Part shown: piece by piece, positions 41,406-53,293 of the stretch
How positions within the stretch are numbered: the first letter of the stretch is position 1
Layout of the letters: every line of letters starts with the position of its first letter
Assembly: GCA_030867685.1 (NCBI GenBank)
Contig: JAQOWU010000007.1
Coordinates: 372,001 to 436,000, forward strand
Length of the DNA: 64,000 nucleotides
Origin: Wickerhamiella versatilis
Taxonomy: Eukaryota
Direction: 5' to 3'
The notes under the pieces: generated by a model
What the model saw: the letters and a program-made list of their open reading frames with translations, nothing else
The model's database searches: none
Told to the model about the DNA's origin: nothing
Made by a program: the position numbers and the translations under genes

Positions 41406-42809
41406 TTAAACAAGCGCCCACAATCCCATAATTATGGCGACAGGTGGTAATAGTAAATTACCTGCAGCGTTGATTGAAGAAGAGCCAATACTAGTAACAC
41501 TCGTGGAAGCAGTAGCAGTACTTCCACCTTGTTCCCCACTGCGACCAGCAAAAAAAGCTGTGTTCGAGCTATAAGAAAATGCCGCACTAGCTGTGGTAGA
41601 GGAATAACCGGAGGCTTGAACTGCCGATGGAATGCCTGAAGAGATCTCTATTATTGAAGAGGATGAGGAATTATATTTTGCTGGTGCCAATGCGATTTCT
41701 TTATTTTCCAGATCAAAGACTGTGTAAATAAAACGCAATGCATTATCACCTAGAATCAGAGCTTCCGCACTTTGGGGGAGTTGCTGAAATCCGATCGTGC
41801 ATACACCGTTGTCCTGTGACATATATGTGAAAAAGTCGCTGAGCGCAACTTCAATATTAATGCCGCTAATATTGAAACCCACAGAGCCGCTTATAGAACC
41901 GCACTCGATTGTGTAGAGCCCTGCTTGCGAATCGTACTCGACGCCATTTCCCAGCGTAGATAAAATAGACTCGAGCATACCTTCAGAGACCGCAGTCAAA
42001 CTAGTACCAGTGTCAATAACGACTGGATAGTTGCCTCCGCTAACCACTTGGATTGAATCTCCTTGCTCGTTAGCAAGAGAGATCCCCTGCATCATCACAG
42101 AAAACTCGGTGACATATCGTTCTACTGTGGGCACCAATGGTAATTTTTTCAGTTGTCCCTGATATTTAGCTGTATCTATACCACCGAATAGTATCTCTCC
42201 CCCTCTTGCATCTACATCGTTGAGCCAAACAGAATAGGCTACGGAATCGATGGCACCTGTGTCTTTCAGTTGATAGGGAAAAGATGGATAACGATACGGA
42301 TTGTTTTCCTGTATCGTGATTTCGTCGCTTGCAAGACCTACTCCAAACACAGCATTTGTGCTTGCATTGACGGCCACTGCAAAATTTGCGTTATCAACTT
42401 TTGCACCTCCAATACTTATGCTGTCTTGAGCATAAACTCCTATGGCAAAGGTTTTGTCTCCATACAATATTTGAAAATAATCAGAATTATTAGCACTGAA
42501 GGAGCTTGAGTCCTCATAGTCGAAAACATTGCCCTTACTGCAGTCAACTTCGTAAGTCTCGCCGTTACAGTAGGGGTTGTCGCTAGACATAAGCCAGAGG
42601 TCTGAAGATCCAGTATCGATTTGAACAGATAGACTTTGCGATGGAGTTCCTACCTTCAAATGAGCTTCATACTGAATCTTTTGATTCTCTAAGCTGCCAG
42701 TAACCGTGTCATCACGTTTATGCAATGATTTAGTGGATTGTTTGAAAGGAACATGGATCACAGAGGACAGCGCAGCATTACTTAAAAGGAGGATAGAAAA
42801 CGCACTCAT
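41406..42809 (-). CDS. GPI-anchored aspartic protease (yapsin-like)
   Basis: Signal peptide, KR site, IDTGSSDLW, IDTGTS, Ser/Thr-rich stalk, hydrophobic C-terminus. Confidence 0.92.
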   Translation of the reverse strand: MSAFSILLLSNAALSSVIHVPFKQSTKSLHKRDDTVTGSLENQKIQYEAHLKVGTPSQSLSVQIDTGSSDLWLMSSDNPYCNGETYEVDCSKGNVFDYEDSSSFSANNSDYFQILYGDKTFAIGVYAQDSISIGGAKVDNANFAVAVNASTNAVFGVGLASDEITIQENNPYRYPSFPYQLKDTGAIDSVAYSVWLNDVDARGGEILFGGIDTAKYQGQLKKLPLVPTVERYVTEFSVMMQGISLANEQGDSIQVVSGGNYPVVIDTGTSLTAVSEGMLESILSTLGNGVEYDSQAGLYTIECGSISGSVGFNISGINIEVALSDFFTYMSQDNGVCTIGFQQLPQSAEALILGDNALRFIYTVFDLENKEIALAPAKYNSSSSSIIEISSGIPSAVQASGYSSTTASAAFSYSSNTAFFAGRSGEQGGSTATASTSVTSIGSSSINAAGNLLLPPVAIIMGLWALV

Positions 42810-43202
42810 AATAATTTCTTTTTTTTCTTTCTGTTGGACTACTTTGTAAATATAGTAGGTATTTTCCAGCTAATCAGTCTGAACCTCAAATTACGCCCCC
42901 TTACCCTATTTCTTAGCGGCTACTCGGCAATTGTCTTTGGATCCCACTAAAATTTATGTGGGCCAAAGTAAGTATTAGAGATATCTATTATCCACATGAG
43001 CTTATACAGAAAAAAAAATAACCGTATGTTATACCGAGATCCAAGGTTTCGGCAGATTTCACCTGATCAAGGTCAGTCTCCACGGTGGGTTACATTGATT
43101 TCGGGTTTAAGTGAGTACTCGATGATCCGGGACTAAGATCTCTTTGAAATTATAAATTATATAGCCTCGTTTTACATATTCCCGACAGTGAATAACGCCA
43201 TT

Positions 43203-43226
43203 CCACTCACTACCTGAGACTGGTTG
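43203..43226 (+). repeat. Dispersed intergenic element, copy B (CCACTCACTACCTGAGACTGGTTG)
   Basis: 21-bp exact match to the reverse complement of 19995-20015. Confidence 0.85.
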
Positions 43227-44403
43227 GATAATTCTCCACAGCAGTACTCGTATTAATCCACTTACAATTCAGTGAACTTCCCAAATTTTTGTAAACTACA
43301 GCAAAGCAACCGAATCTTGTGTAAGTATTCTTTAGTCAATCCTCTAGGTGGTATTAGGGTTGTAATGCAAAGTCTGAACACGTGTGTACATTTTAGTAGT
43401 CTCATGACATTAAAGCTTACATATTTTGATAGAGGATATCCTTCAGATATACACGCCTTCGGAAATGGCCCGCTAAAAAGGGTTTGGTGATTATCACATT
43501 GCTGCATGTCCGAGGGTGTCGTATTCGAGAATAGATACTAGATGGTTCCGGATAAAGCTTGTCGATTTATATAGGCACTAGAGCCCAGAACTGCATTTTC
43601 GCAGCAAATACTCGTACCGGAGATTACATGCGAGTAAAACAACCTCTATGAAACGGGGGTTAATGCGATTTGACTCACTAGCTTCTTGTTCTTTAATCTA
43701 AATTTGTAACACGAACCTTCCCTTCTTTCCAGCGTGGAGGTAGGCGGTGGCAGGCTGTGGGTTCGAGCTGGTTTACGCAGTGTTCCTGTGTGAAAATAAT
43801 AGTATACATCTAATCGACGTTGCTCGGTATCGTAGGCTACACAGCTTCCTTATCGCGCTGGGATAGTTCCTACTCACGACAACTTCGTAGGGGCAGCAAC
43901 AACTCAACATACATATCCGAGATGTTATTTACTCATCAGAGTTTAGGTTCGCTTGTGAGAAGAAAGGGGAAATGAATACTGAGCGCTACAGTTAGTTTAC
44001 CATAAGAAGTCTTATATTATACCGCAGCACACAGATTTCTAAAAGCTGTTTCATCTTACCTGCTGACCAGAACTCCGATCGCTGTCATCTCTTCCCCTCA
44101 CAGTATTATCAAATATAGCATAGATCGAGATTTATAATCAGGTAGATGCAGTATCATTGTCTTAGTCCCTAGGCCTCTAAATGAAGGCGATCGTGGTATA
44201 GGTGATTTATTGTACCTCTGCTGGTGCTCAAAACTACTATGGCGCTATAGGCGAGGTTAGTTTCTGGCTTTATGTGTTTCTAACCAGACCTTCCCCGCAT
44301 TGTAAGCCTCTTTCTTCCGAAAATCTAACCTTACCCACAATGGCCACCTGGTATCCGAGCGAATATAAAAAGCCCCAAATATCCGCTCAGTCATGATATC
44401 AAC

Positions 44404-45444
44404 ATGACAGCGCAGGGATTTGCACGTGCTGCGACATCTGTGAAAACTAAGGACCCTTTGGTGGTCAAAGATATTCCCATTCCCAAGGTGGGGAAGCGTG
44501 ATTGCCTGGTGAAAATGGAGGCCTGTGGGGTTTGCCATACCGACTTACATGTGCTTGAGGGTGACTGGACTGCATCAGACCCCTCTTTTGTCCCATATAT
44601 TGCCGGACATGAGGGTGTTGGAATTGTTGTCGACAAGGGTGACGATGTGACATCAGTCGAGATTGGCGAGCGTGTTGGTATTCCATGGCTATATTCAGCA
44701 TGCGGTCATTGTGAATATTGCTTCTCCGGATGGGAGACGTTGTGTAAGAATCAGAAGAACCCCGGTCTTCACGTCGATGGTGCATTCTCAGAGTACGCAA
44801 TTGCTTCTCCTGACTGGGTTGCTCACCTGCCCAAGGATATTGATGTATACGAGGTTGCGCCGGTGTTGTGTGCAGGCCTCACTGTTTACAAGGGTCTTAA
44901 GGTGACAGATTGTAAGGCCGGCGATGTGGTGGTGATTGGTGGCTGTGGTGGTCTAGGCCAGATGGCTATCCAGTTTGGCAAAGCCATGGGGTTCGATGTT
45001 ATCGGTGTTGATATCGATGATGGCAAGGTTGCAACGGCTAAGAAGCTGGGTGCCATCGATGCAGTGAATGCGTTGAAAACAGACCCAGTTAAGTATGTCC
45101 AGGAGAAGTACGGAGGAGCTCATGGTGCACTTATCACTGCTGTATCTCGTCCTGCATTTGCACAGGCAATGGGTTATCTCCGTCGTGGTGGCACTATGGC
45201 GCTTAATGGTCTGCCACCTGGAGAGTTCCCTATTGATATCATCCAAACCGTGTTAAATGGAATTACTATTCGAGGTTCCATTGTAGGATCGCGGCTAGAT
45301 ATGATCGAAGCGCTGAAGTTCTACGTTGAAGGAAAAATACACACCATCTATAAGAAGGATAAGATTGACAACATTAACAAAATCTTTGATGATTTGAGCA
45401 AAGGAAAGGTCGAAGGTCGAGTTGTTCTGGACTTTAAGAGCTAG
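44404..45444 (+). CDS. ADH1: Zn-dependent alcohol dehydrogenase, bacterial AdhP type
   Basis: ACGVCHTDLH, GHEGVG, structural Zn CGHCEYC...C; WETLC, TAVSRPAF, GLPPGEFP, IRGSIVGSRLD are AdhP-like rather than fungal Adh1-like. Confidence 0.9.
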   Translation: MTAQGFARAATSVKTKDPLVVKDIPIPKVGKRDCLVKMEACGVCHTDLHVLEGDWTASDPSFVPYIAGHEGVGIVVDKGDDVTSVEIGERVGIPWLYSACGHCEYCFSGWETLCKNQKNPGLHVDGAFSEYAIASPDWVAHLPKDIDVYEVAPVLCAGLTVYKGLKVTDCKAGDVVVIGGCGGLGQMAIQFGKAMGFDVIGVDIDDGKVATAKKLGAIDAVNALKTDPVKYVQEKYGGAHGALITAVSRPAFAQAMGYLRRGGTMALNGLPPGEFPIDIIQTVLNGITIRGSIVGSRLDMIEALKFYVEGKIHTIYKKDKIDNINKIFDDLSKGKVEGRVVLDFKS

Positions 45445-45976
45445 TAAGAACAGTAAAAGTAGTTCTACTAAATTTTCTTAAACTTTATGTCGAATCATGT
45501 TATCGTTGATGCTTACCTTGATGAGACTTGAGGGACAGTTCATTGGATACTCATCGTTCAGTCATATGACTGGCATCTTCAAACTATTGCTTGTCAGCTA
45601 CTATATACACGTACTAATGAAAGTTTTGTACCTTCTAAGTCCTCTTGTGATATAAGTAACTTTTTAAATTAACCTCGGTTTACAATGGGTTTCGGTTATG
45701 AAGTGATTCAGCATAATCAGTCATAAATTTTAGTGGTGGGAATAGTTAACGGACACAGCATCTACCCGCAACACATTTGGTAAATTGCTAGTTGTAGACC
45801 ATAGTTTCGGAAAAGCCATAAATATGCTGTCAACCGATTCGAATGCAAATTAGATAGAGGCAGCAGCTCAGATTACATAGCTCAATAGAAAAAGTCAAAA
45901 CATTAGAGGCTTACCACGGCTTTTAAAAATATAATAAATAATTAGCAGCAAATAAATAAAATATCAATAAAAGTAC

Positions 45977-47566
45977 TCACTTCGGGTCTTGAGGATCAGC
46001 GCAAAGCGCGAGAGCTTTTTCAAGGATTTCGATTCTCAGATTCCAGCGTCTATTCAGCTCAGAGGCTAATAGAGGGAAAGCGAATCTCGAGATGGCTACT
46101 GTTGTGTGTTTCATCAACTGAATATCCAAGTAAATCCACCTTCTATGAGGAAAAAAAATGCCATTTAGCAGCATTATGCCGTAGGCAAAGTCCGCATGGA
46201 AAGGCATAAGGCCATGTTTTGTAAGAATATTTGCATGCTCGTAACAAACAACAATATTCCTTCGTGCACATTCTTCACATATCCTTGCTGCTTGAGGATT
46301 ACGGTATACAAAGGCCAATTTTGACCATAACAAACACTTGAACGTACAGAATGTGAGATGTAAGCGCAAGCGTAAAAACAGTTCTGGCCCTACATCCAAA
46401 TCAGTACCGCCCAATTCCGGTAGATTTAGTGACCATGCGTCAAGCTGCCTATTAACATCTTCCACAGCTTCAGCGATATTATGTGAGACATCAGAATCTG
46501 ACTCGATATTCAACGAGTATATAGGCTCATAGAATTTTATCATATTAGAAAAACGGCGAACAATCGATGCCTCAACCGAGTCATTAACCGGTAATGGTGT
46601 TTGTATAGCGCTCAGTTTCCAAGGTTCGTTTCCCGTTAAACAAGCCAAATCCGTATAATAATAAAACAATACCCAGCATGCAGTTTTAAGGCGTTCTGCG
46701 AGATCAGGTTGCATCACTTCAAATACTTCAGGGCGATGCAAGCCTAATTTAAAAGCCATTCCCCTGCATACCTCTGCTATGACTCGCAACTGGGCTGGAA
46801 ACCCACATATGTTCGTCGCCATTAAGACAAATATCCCCGCCAGAAAGTGAGACGGCTCTGGTTGAATCTTTTCGCACGATTCCAAAGTTAGCTGCGCCTG
46901 GGAGAAAGATAGGCTGAACGATTTGAAGTTTTTTTCGACGCCAAGGTTAACTAGCGATAACATAATGCTAGTCGTGCACATATAGCGTGCCTCTCTGTTA
47001 ATGCTCATATCATCAAGATCATCCCTGCCTAGTAATACCAAGTATATCCTGGAAATAGGCCCTAGACTTTCTGGAGCATGATCATATACGTACCGCCATC
47101 TTAAACGCACCATTTGTTCCTGGCTCTCGGTCAAACGTACATTCACTTGCATGAGATGACGGATCTGATCCAAGTACCTTTTACTCGCTGTAGCACACTG
47201 AAACATTAAAGAATTCAAAACGTTCGGCTGTCCAGGCGGTTTAAAAACCGGATCGGCCCCACAGAGAATATCCCCAAATCTATAAAATAGCGTGCTCTCA
47301 CTTCTGCTAGGTTCCCAATCAGCTGAAATCTCTAAATTGAGCATATAATCCTGCGATGTTTCCATAACATGTGATGTGGCTCTCATTATCCACCGGAGAC
47401 GATCACTTATAATTGAGGTCTTAGCGACCACATTACGAGACTCTTGGAAGATACAGCGTACTCCACGGCGAAAACAGCTAGAACATACTGGTCTAACTCC
47501 ATCACACCGTATTTTTCTCTTCCTACACGCATCACAGGCTTGGCCTACGCGAAGTTTCCCGGCCAT
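45977..47566 (-). CDS. Zn2Cys6 transcription factor
   Basis: ACDACRKRKIRCDGVRPVCSSCFRRGVRC; LGLHR middle-homology region; ATG at 47566. Confidence 0.9.
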   Translation of the reverse strand: MAGKLRVGQACDACRKRKIRCDGVRPVCSSCFRRGVRCIFQESRNVVAKTSIISDRLRWIMRATSHVMETSQDYMLNLEISADWEPSRSESTLFYRFGDILCGADPVFKPPGQPNVLNSLMFQCATASKRYLDQIRHLMQVNVRLTESQEQMVRLRWRYVYDHAPESLGPISRIYLVLLGRDDLDDMSINREARYMCTTSIMLSLVNLGVEKNFKSFSLSFSQAQLTLESCEKIQPEPSHFLAGIFVLMATNICGFPAQLRVIAEVCRGMAFKLGLHRPEVFEVMQPDLAERLKTACWVLFYYYTDLACLTGNEPWKLSAIQTPLPVNDSVEASIVRRFSNMIKFYEPIYSLNIESDSDVSHNIAEAVEDVNRQLDAWSLNLPELGGTDLDVGPELFLRLRLHLTFCTFKCLLWSKLAFVYRNPQAARICEECARRNIVVCYEHANILTKHGLMPFHADFAYGIMLLNGIFFPHRRWIYLDIQLMKHTTVAISRFAFPLLASELNRRWNLRIEILEKALALCADPQDPK

Positions 47567-47763
47567 TTTGGACAACAGATTATTAATCAGATAAAGTCAC
47601 TATATAGCGATTGGCATGATAGCTCTTATATGTGGCTAATTACGATAAGATAGGTTTTCAATGTTTTTAGTTTCTGGAATGACAGCAAAAGTCGAGCGCC
47701 ACATCATGAGCTATGGAGCTTTAAAATCTATTACATTTGCTTCTGCTGCTGGTAAAAAAAAAT

Positions 47764-49587
47764 CTAATATTGTTCCATTGCATGAGACCGAGATGGTCCT
47801 AGCTTCTGCGCATGTTTCTCATCCACCATACCACTCTCTGGCGGAGGTTCCGTGGCTTCAACGATGGCAAATTGATCCGGATCTAGCGTCATCTTTGGTC
47901 CATCATACCACTTGTAAGCATCAACCCAGTAGTATATAGTTGCACCAAGCCAGACTGCACCGCATATCAAAACAGTGTAGTTCATTTCATCTGCAGATGT
48001 AACAGGGATATCAGAAGGAATGATTGTGAGAGCAAAGATTACAAAAACACCATAAATTGAGGCTATAAAGTTGTTGCACCACGAAAGGGTGTGTCCCAGA
48101 TAGAAGACACCAGGATCGAATGCATCACGGTCAAAGAATGCTGTTCGGAACCATATCGGTAAGCACCACGCCAAATAAAGTGATGTAACGCCCAATGAGA
48201 AAATAGCTTCTGCCGCGGTATCACCTGCAAGAATAAGGAGTCCTATTAGCAAAGCTATAATCACATCAAAGCATAATGAAAAATATGGAATGCCTCTGGG
48301 TGTAATCTTTTTGAGTATGGAGGAAAAAGGAAGCGCATCATCGCGGGCAAATGCCCATGTCTGGCGAGATGTGGCAAGCAACTGCGAAAGCCCCATGGAC
48401 CACTGTACCACTGCAAATAAAGCCATGATACCCATAGCCCATTTTTTATTCAAAGCCCTTTCGATAACAGGAACGATTGGGAAGTCAGCGTTCATCACCT
48501 TATCAAACCCTTCTGGTGTTGGATCAATGACTGCCGCTAGTACGCACAAAATCACGAAGCCCAAAACCCAGCAAAGTCCAATACTCATCATGATTCCAAA
48601 TGGGATCGCAAATCCTGCATTTGTAGCTTCCTCTCCCATGTGAATGCAGGAATCATGGCTCGAAACAGACCAGACCGCATTCAGCCAGGAAAGTAAAAAG
48701 GTCCAACCATAAGAATAGCTGAGACCATTATTCTCATTACCAAAGACGAAAGAACCCGAATTGAGATCCTCACCTTTCTGTTTCAATCCTATAGGCACAG
48801 CAATGACCAGAATACACACGCAAACCATATTTAGAAAAATAGTTGAGGTTTGTATGTGAGACAGTAAACGATTGGGAAGACAGGCTACAAGTCCCATAGA
48901 GATGGTGGCAGCGGCATAAACACCGTAGCATTCGTAATTATTGTATTCAAAGTCTTCATACGCTAATTGCGGGCATGCGAGCAGTAGCTCAGCAAACCCA
49001 TAAGTAATGCTGGCCCCCCCGGCAATCAACCCTAAAGTATCTGCATACCCACAAAGAAAACTCCAAAAACGTTTCGATAGCAAATGCTGGCGAATTAGAG
49101 CCCATCTTGATGAGCCCGGAGTAGTCTTAATATCGTACCATAACCCTTTCTCTGATCGGGCAACATCACCCGGTGCGAATTTATATGTCCACCAATAAAG
49201 CCCCCCACTGGTAGGCATTGCAGACCCCATTTCAGACATTGACACACCGATGGACATGATGAAAAAGCAAGGTACGAACCACCCCCAAGTCATACCGACG
49301 CCTCCGCCACTAACTGATGAAGTGAACTCCGTAGCGATCGATGGGGCTACAGACATGATAGAAAAGCTTACACCTAACAAGGCCAAGGGAGAAAAAGATC
49401 GTTTCAACTCAGGCTTGTAGCCCAACTTTTCCAGCAGAAGTTCATCTCGTTCCTCCTGAGGGTTCAAGTTATGCGGAGCTGCATCCTCCTTTCTATGCTT
49501 CAGGATAGCTCCATCACTTGAGTTAGTCGACGAAGAGGATCCAACTTCAGTTCCGCCCATATCACAAGATTGCGAATTTTGACGCAT
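47764..49587 (-). CDS. APC-superfamily GABA/polyamine/choline permease (Uga4/Tpo5-like)
   Basis: LGYKPELKRSFS, SAMPTSGGLYWW, HMGEEATNA, SRQTWAFARDDALPFS. Confidence 0.9.
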   Translation of the reverse strand: MRQNSQSCDMGGTEVGSSSSTNSSDGAILKHRKEDAAPHNLNPQEERDELLLEKLGYKPELKRSFSPLALLGVSFSIMSVAPSIATEFTSSVSGGGVGMTWGWFVPCFFIMSIGVSMSEMGSAMPTSGGLYWWTYKFAPGDVARSEKGLWYDIKTTPGSSRWALIRQHLLSKRFWSFLCGYADTLGLIAGGASITYGFAELLLACPQLAYEDFEYNNYECYGVYAAATISMGLVACLPNRLLSHIQTSTIFLNMVCVCILVIAVPIGLKQKGEDLNSGSFVFGNENNGLSYSYGWTFLLSWLNAVWSVSSHDSCIHMGEEATNAGFAIPFGIMMSIGLCWVLGFVILCVLAAVIDPTPEGFDKVMNADFPIVPVIERALNKKWAMGIMALFAVVQWSMGLSQLLATSRQTWAFARDDALPFSSILKKITPRGIPYFSLCFDVIIALLIGLLILAGDTAAEAIFSLGVTSLYLAWCLPIWFRTAFFDRDAFDPGVFYLGHTLSWCNNFIASIYGVFVIFALTIIPSDIPVTSADEMNYTVLICGAVWLGATIYYWVDAYKWYDGPKMTLDPDQFAIVEATEPPPESGMVDEKHAQKLGPSRSHAMEQY

Positions 49588-50181
49588 ATATATATTTCTT
49601 TGTCATGTCATTATATAACACACTGATAAGAGCGCTATTTTACCTTAAAATCAGATTCCATATAATTCAAGCAAACCTCGACAATAGTATATTTTAATAG
49701 GTCAGGCAGTGGTGAATTCTTTTTCGCGCACAGGGGGAGAGGGGCTCATAACATCGATATGTGGAAAAAATCTGATGAACCACAACAAAGCTAGACTTTT
49801 TTTAATCAAAGGTTAGAGTGTTTATATCTGTCAAGCTATAGCCAATTTACAATTAGTAGTCTGTGACCCCTTGACATCCTTAATCTAGCAAATGCACACT
49901 AAGCTTTCGGCTATTTTAACCATTTAAGTATGATTAAGTCATCGTGATATGTGGCTGACAATTTAAGATAATCACGTCATATATACCTCGATCATAGCGT
50001 GGATTCTAGCAGTGTTTCAGTGGACTTGCTTAAAATCACTTCTTGATCTGGCTATATCAACATATTTGAACAATTAAGCTATACTAAACTAGTGGTATAG
50101 AATGTAAGCATGCAATGTGAGGGAGTTCGCGTTGTACAATTTTTCTTGAACTGCAAGCTCAAAAAAAGTATGATAGCAAAA

Positions 50182-51237
50182 CTAACTGCGCAGGTAGTTT
50201 ATCACTGGTTCACCCCATGAGGGTCGACCTCTGTAAGCGGCTACATCGTCGGGCATCGTGGCAATGTTGTCAGCTAAAACTTGACCATATCCCTCAGCTT
50301 TGATTTGTGAAATGGGATATAAGTATGTTCTCTGGGTAAAAGCAAGAAACTTGGTCTGTGGAAGTCGGGTAAGAATTTGACGAGTCACACGAGCGTAAAC
50401 TTCATTGTCGAAATCGGGTGCTCCTGCGCCAAAGAAGGATCTGTTTGGTGTTGGTCTCCACTCTTCATATGGCGAATCTGCTATTTGTATTAGCCAAGTG
50501 ATGCGTTGGACCCATTGTCCAACCTTCATTTTGCTGAAGTATTTGTTCATGGAGAATTGCAAGTGTTCCTTATAACCAGGCACCCGTGTGTGGATATCTG
50601 TCATTTTCTTGTTGTTTTTATCAGTCCACAAATAATTCACTGAACTTACACCTGCGGCAGCACGCTGCATGTACTCATCACAGTCAGCATTGTATTCGAG
50701 TAGCAAGAAATCCTCCTCGGAATTCTCGCAGAGCAGGCGCAAAAGGTCTTCTGAAGACAGACCACTTGCAGCCGCTTTACGTGGAAGCTCTTTACCCTTG
50801 ATCTTGTTCAAGATCTTCTTGCCCTTGACCTCGAAGTATTGTGGATATCTTTGAGTAAGGGTGCACATCGCAAAGTCATACAATTCTCGAGCCGCATTCT
50901 TCGTTTCAATTGTGTCTGCTGCAAGACATGTGCTATTTGGATTATCCTGCATTACTTTTCGATGAATATCGGTGATAACTTCGTAGTCCGAGTCTACAGT
51001 GAGCCATTCTTCATGAGTGGTTCGTCCAATATTCATTACTTCACGGTAGTTGGGTTTGAATGGGCGGTACTGAGGGATCTTTTCTGTTCTCCAGTCGTAA
51101 CCTTCTGAAACCGGCTGAACATCAACATTCTCATGTATTTTGCCGGAATATTGTAATTTAAACCAGACCAGCTGGGCCACACGGAAAATTAAATAAAAGC
51201 AGAGGAGCAAAAGTACGGCTTTTGATATCTCTATCAT
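50182..51237 (-). CDS. DUF3445 family protein (heme-dependent oxidative N-demethylase alpha-like)
   Basis: YRPFKP, QRYPQYF, EEDFLLL, IHTRVPGY, RQILTRLPQT; ATG at 51237. Confidence 0.8.
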   Translation of the reverse strand: MIEISKAVLLLLCFYLIFRVAQLVWFKLQYSGKIHENVDVQPVSEGYDWRTEKIPQYRPFKPNYREVMNIGRTTHEEWLTVDSDYEVITDIHRKVMQDNPNSTCLAADTIETKNAARELYDFAMCTLTQRYPQYFEVKGKKILNKIKGKELPRKAAASGLSSEDLLRLLCENSEEDFLLLEYNADCDEYMQRAAAGVSSVNYLWTDKNNKKMTDIHTRVPGYKEHLQFSMNKYFSKMKVGQWVQRITWLIQIADSPYEEWRPTPNRSFFGAGAPDFDNEVYARVTRQILTRLPQTKFLAFTQRTYLYPISQIKAEGYGQVLADNIATMPDDVAAYRGRPSWGEPVINYLRS

Positions 51238-51520
51238 TGTCAAAACAGAAGCAATTGTTCTCAAGTTAAAACTTGTTCCCAACGGTTATATATATATGGT
51301 AGTGTAGGCATACCGATGCAAGATAAACCATTAGGTAATAAAAGATAGCGGGTTTCGATCAATATTGAGGAAGTTATCACCGAATAAGCTAAGAAAAATA
51401 TGACACATCAGTGTATAATACATTCCCAGTTTGTAAATCGCAACCGGTATCTTAATTCTCCCGTAATAAAGAATAAGTATGTAAAGTGATTCGATGTAAC
51501 CCATTCCGTCATCACTTATC

Positions 51521-53293
51521 ATGGGAAAAAAGGAATCAACTCTCTACGGTGTTAACGAGGAGGTTAAGTCAGGTTCGGTAGTAGACATCGAGCTAAAGGA
51601 CAGCCAATCGAACTGGTTCAAACGGGCCTTCGATTCGTTCAAGCCTCCTCGAAATTATGATTTTGCCACGGAGGGAATGACTTATGGAGAAGTTGGGTTA
51701 GAGTACATGGCTCGCAACAAACATGATCTTCGGTCCAGACATCTCCTTATCATAAGTCTTTCCGCTTGTATAGGTACAGGACTGTTTATTGGAAGCGGTA
51801 ACATCCTAAAGCAAGCGGGTCCATCTGGGCTCCTTCTAGGTAGTATCATTACGGCAGTAATGGTACTGTGCTCAATGGCTTCGGTTAGCGAGATGTCGGT
51901 GCGCTATCCCTCAGAATCCCCTTTTAGTGACTTCCCAGCTCGGTTCTTTGATCGCTCTTGGGGGTTCACGCTGGGATGGATGTATGCACTAGCAATGATT
52001 GTCTCGATTCCGCTAGAACTAATAGCAGGTGCAATGGCTACACAGTATTGGAAGACTGATGATAATGCCGCTGCACATACAAACCCAGTTGCATGGGTGA
52101 CTTTGCTTGTTGTCTTTTTTATAGTGGTTCAATTATTTGGCAACGTCCTTTTCGCAGAATATGAGTTTTTTTCCGGATCTGTAAAAATCCTTACCATGGT
52201 AGGATTCATTCTATTCGCAATAATCGTTGATTGTGGCGGAGGATCTTCACACCAATACATCGGAGGCTCAAGATGGGAACATCCAGCTAATGATGCCGGG
52301 GTAAGCTATAAAGCTGGATTTGCAAACTCCTTCAAGGGCATTGTTTTTTCGTTAGCCAATTGGCCTTTAACATATGGTACTACTGAAATCTCCTGTGTAT
52401 CGGCAGCAGAGTCTACAAATCCTGTGAAATCAATCAGTTCTTTGACTAAACGGACTGTATGGCGCTTTTGTATATTTTTTATATTGGGAATTTCGCTAGC
52501 TTGTCTGATAGTTCCATTTGACAATGCAGATGTTGGTTCAGGTAGCGACGGATCGGGTTCTCCATTCGTTATAGCATTGAGGATGGCAGAAGTCAAAGGT
52601 TTACCTTCTGTTTTCAATTCTGTGATCATCATCTCTGTATTGGCAATGGGGAACTCTGCGGGATTCGCTGGATCGCGTATCATGGTCTCACTGGCAGCAA
52701 ACGGTCACGCCCCAAAGTTCCTGGGCTATGTTGACCGAAAGGGCAGACCGCTTGGTGCTCTTTCAGTAGAATTTGTCTTTGCCGCGTTGTCCTTTGTTTG
52801 CGCTTCTGATAAATACAGCGAGGTCTTCAACTGGATGTATGCATTTATTTCCCTGGTCTTCTTATTTGTATGGGCTATTTTCTGCCTATCATTTCTCAAC
52901 ATGCGGTGGGCGATGAAGTACAGAGGTGTTTCGACAAGCGAATTAGTGTACAAGAGCCCACTTGGTATTCCTGGGGCAGTGATTGGCGCTATTCTACCTA
53001 TTGCTGTTCTAGGCTTGCAATTCTGGATCTATATTTGGCCATTTGGCTATGATACGATGACACCGCGTGAGCGGGCTGAGGCATTTTTCCAGGGAGACTT
53101 GTCGGTGATCGTGGCGTTGATCTTATTCGTAGGGCACAAAGCGATTACACGAAGTCGTATGATAAGCTATAAGGAAATTGATCTCGACTCAAACCTGCGT
53201 GAAATTGATTATGAGCTCCTTGAAAAGGAAAAGGAAAGGAAGAGTGATAGGACAAAAAACCCTGCACTCTTTCTCTTCTCAAGAATATTTTGA
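51521..53293 (+). CDS. Yeast amino-acid permease (YAT family, Gap1-like)
   Basis: LRSRHLLIIS, IGTGLFIGSG, AAESTNP, SPFVIA, APKFLGYVDRKGRP. Confidence 0.93.
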   Translation: MGKKESTLYGVNEEVKSGSVVDIELKDSQSNWFKRAFDSFKPPRNYDFATEGMTYGEVGLEYMARNKHDLRSRHLLIISLSACIGTGLFIGSGNILKQAGPSGLLLGSIITAVMVLCSMASVSEMSVRYPSESPFSDFPARFFDRSWGFTLGWMYALAMIVSIPLELIAGAMATQYWKTDDNAAAHTNPVAWVTLLVVFFIVVQLFGNVLFAEYEFFSGSVKILTMVGFILFAIIVDCGGGSSHQYIGGSRWEHPANDAGVSYKAGFANSFKGIVFSLANWPLTYGTTEISCVSAAESTNPVKSISSLTKRTVWRFCIFFILGISLACLIVPFDNADVGSGSDGSGSPFVIALRMAEVKGLPSVFNSVIIISVLAMGNSAGFAGSRIMVSLAANGHAPKFLGYVDRKGRPLGALSVEFVFAALSFVCASDKYSEVFNWMYAFISLVFLFVWAIFCLSFLNMRWAMKYRGVSTSELVYKSPLGIPGAVIGAILPIAVLGLQFWIYIWPFGYDTMTPRERAEAFFQGDLSVIVALILFVGHKAITRSRMISYKEIDLDSNLREIDYELLEKEKERKSDRTKNPALFLFSRIF

